A model generated the notes under the pieces. That model was not told the origin of the DNA. It saw nothing but the letters and a program-made list of their open reading frames with translations, and ran no database searches. From Oscillospiraceae bacterium (GTDB lineage: Bacteria; Bacillota; Clostridia; Oscillospirales; CAG-272), in contig SVQM01000002.1 of the NCBI GenBank assembly GCA_015065335.1, positions 1 through 54,270 on the forward strand: a stretch of 54,270 nucleotides of DNA, in the 5' to 3' direction. A program made the position numbers and the translations under genes. Shown piece after piece: positions 54,090-54,270 of the stretch. Position 1 is the stretch's first letter. Each line of letters opens with the position of its first letter.

Positions 54090-54270
54090 GGCGTCGATGA
54101 AGACGGAACCTATAACGAATTTCCCAGAGAGCCGGGGGTGGTGCGATCCCGGTAAAGGACTATAGACTTCCCATCCCTTCTGAGCCGGAAGCCCCAAAGG
54201 TATAAACACCCAGTAGGCGTTTCCCGTGTATGCTACGTCAGTGCATAGAAGTTGTTGGACTTCGAAGAGG
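54090..54270 (+). promoter_or_regulatory. T-box-like leader, copy 2 (truncated by the window end)
   Basis: gATGAag K-turn motif, CAGAGAG (54125-54131) and distal loop GGUGCGA (54140-54146). Same 3' conserved block as copy 1. The expression platform lies beyond the window. Confidence 0.5.

Overview
The window looks like a low-GC Gram-positive anaerobe, probably Clostridia or Ruminococcus-like; that taxon call is an inference from gene content and SD-type ribosome-binding sites. From left to right it contains six blocks. (1) Membrane-lipid genes cls and plsY. (2) A minus-strand O2/ROS detoxification cluster (BFD-like 2Fe-2S protein, rubredoxin, desulfoferrodoxin, multidomain flavodiiron protein, 4Fe-4S protein) with a divergent Crp/Fnr regulator. 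(3) Two secreted hypothetical proteins, the second ending inside a 32-bp perfect inverted repeat that brackets 212 bp. (4) A carbohydrate-active block with three DUF4838-like paralogues, a discoidin-containing hydrolase-like protein and several GC-rich hairpin repeat arrays. (5) The main item: about 32 kb of 27 co-directional genes (18.4-50.5 kb). These encode a T7SSb-like apparatus: an EssC ATPase, a YukD-like protein, five WXG100-type proteins, a glycine-zipper candidate effector and a DUF4176-like protein. Intermingled with them are two Hanks kinases, a PP2C phosphatase, four extra FHA proteins, E-T-T-V-L threonine repeats, a LytTR regulator and a 3533-aa repeat-rich surface protein. I could not recognise EssA, EssB or EsaA. 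(6) A GH31 hydrolase, a decayed mobile-element relic, and tandem T-box-like leaders that run off the window end. All family assignments come from motifs read by eye and need HMM confirmation.
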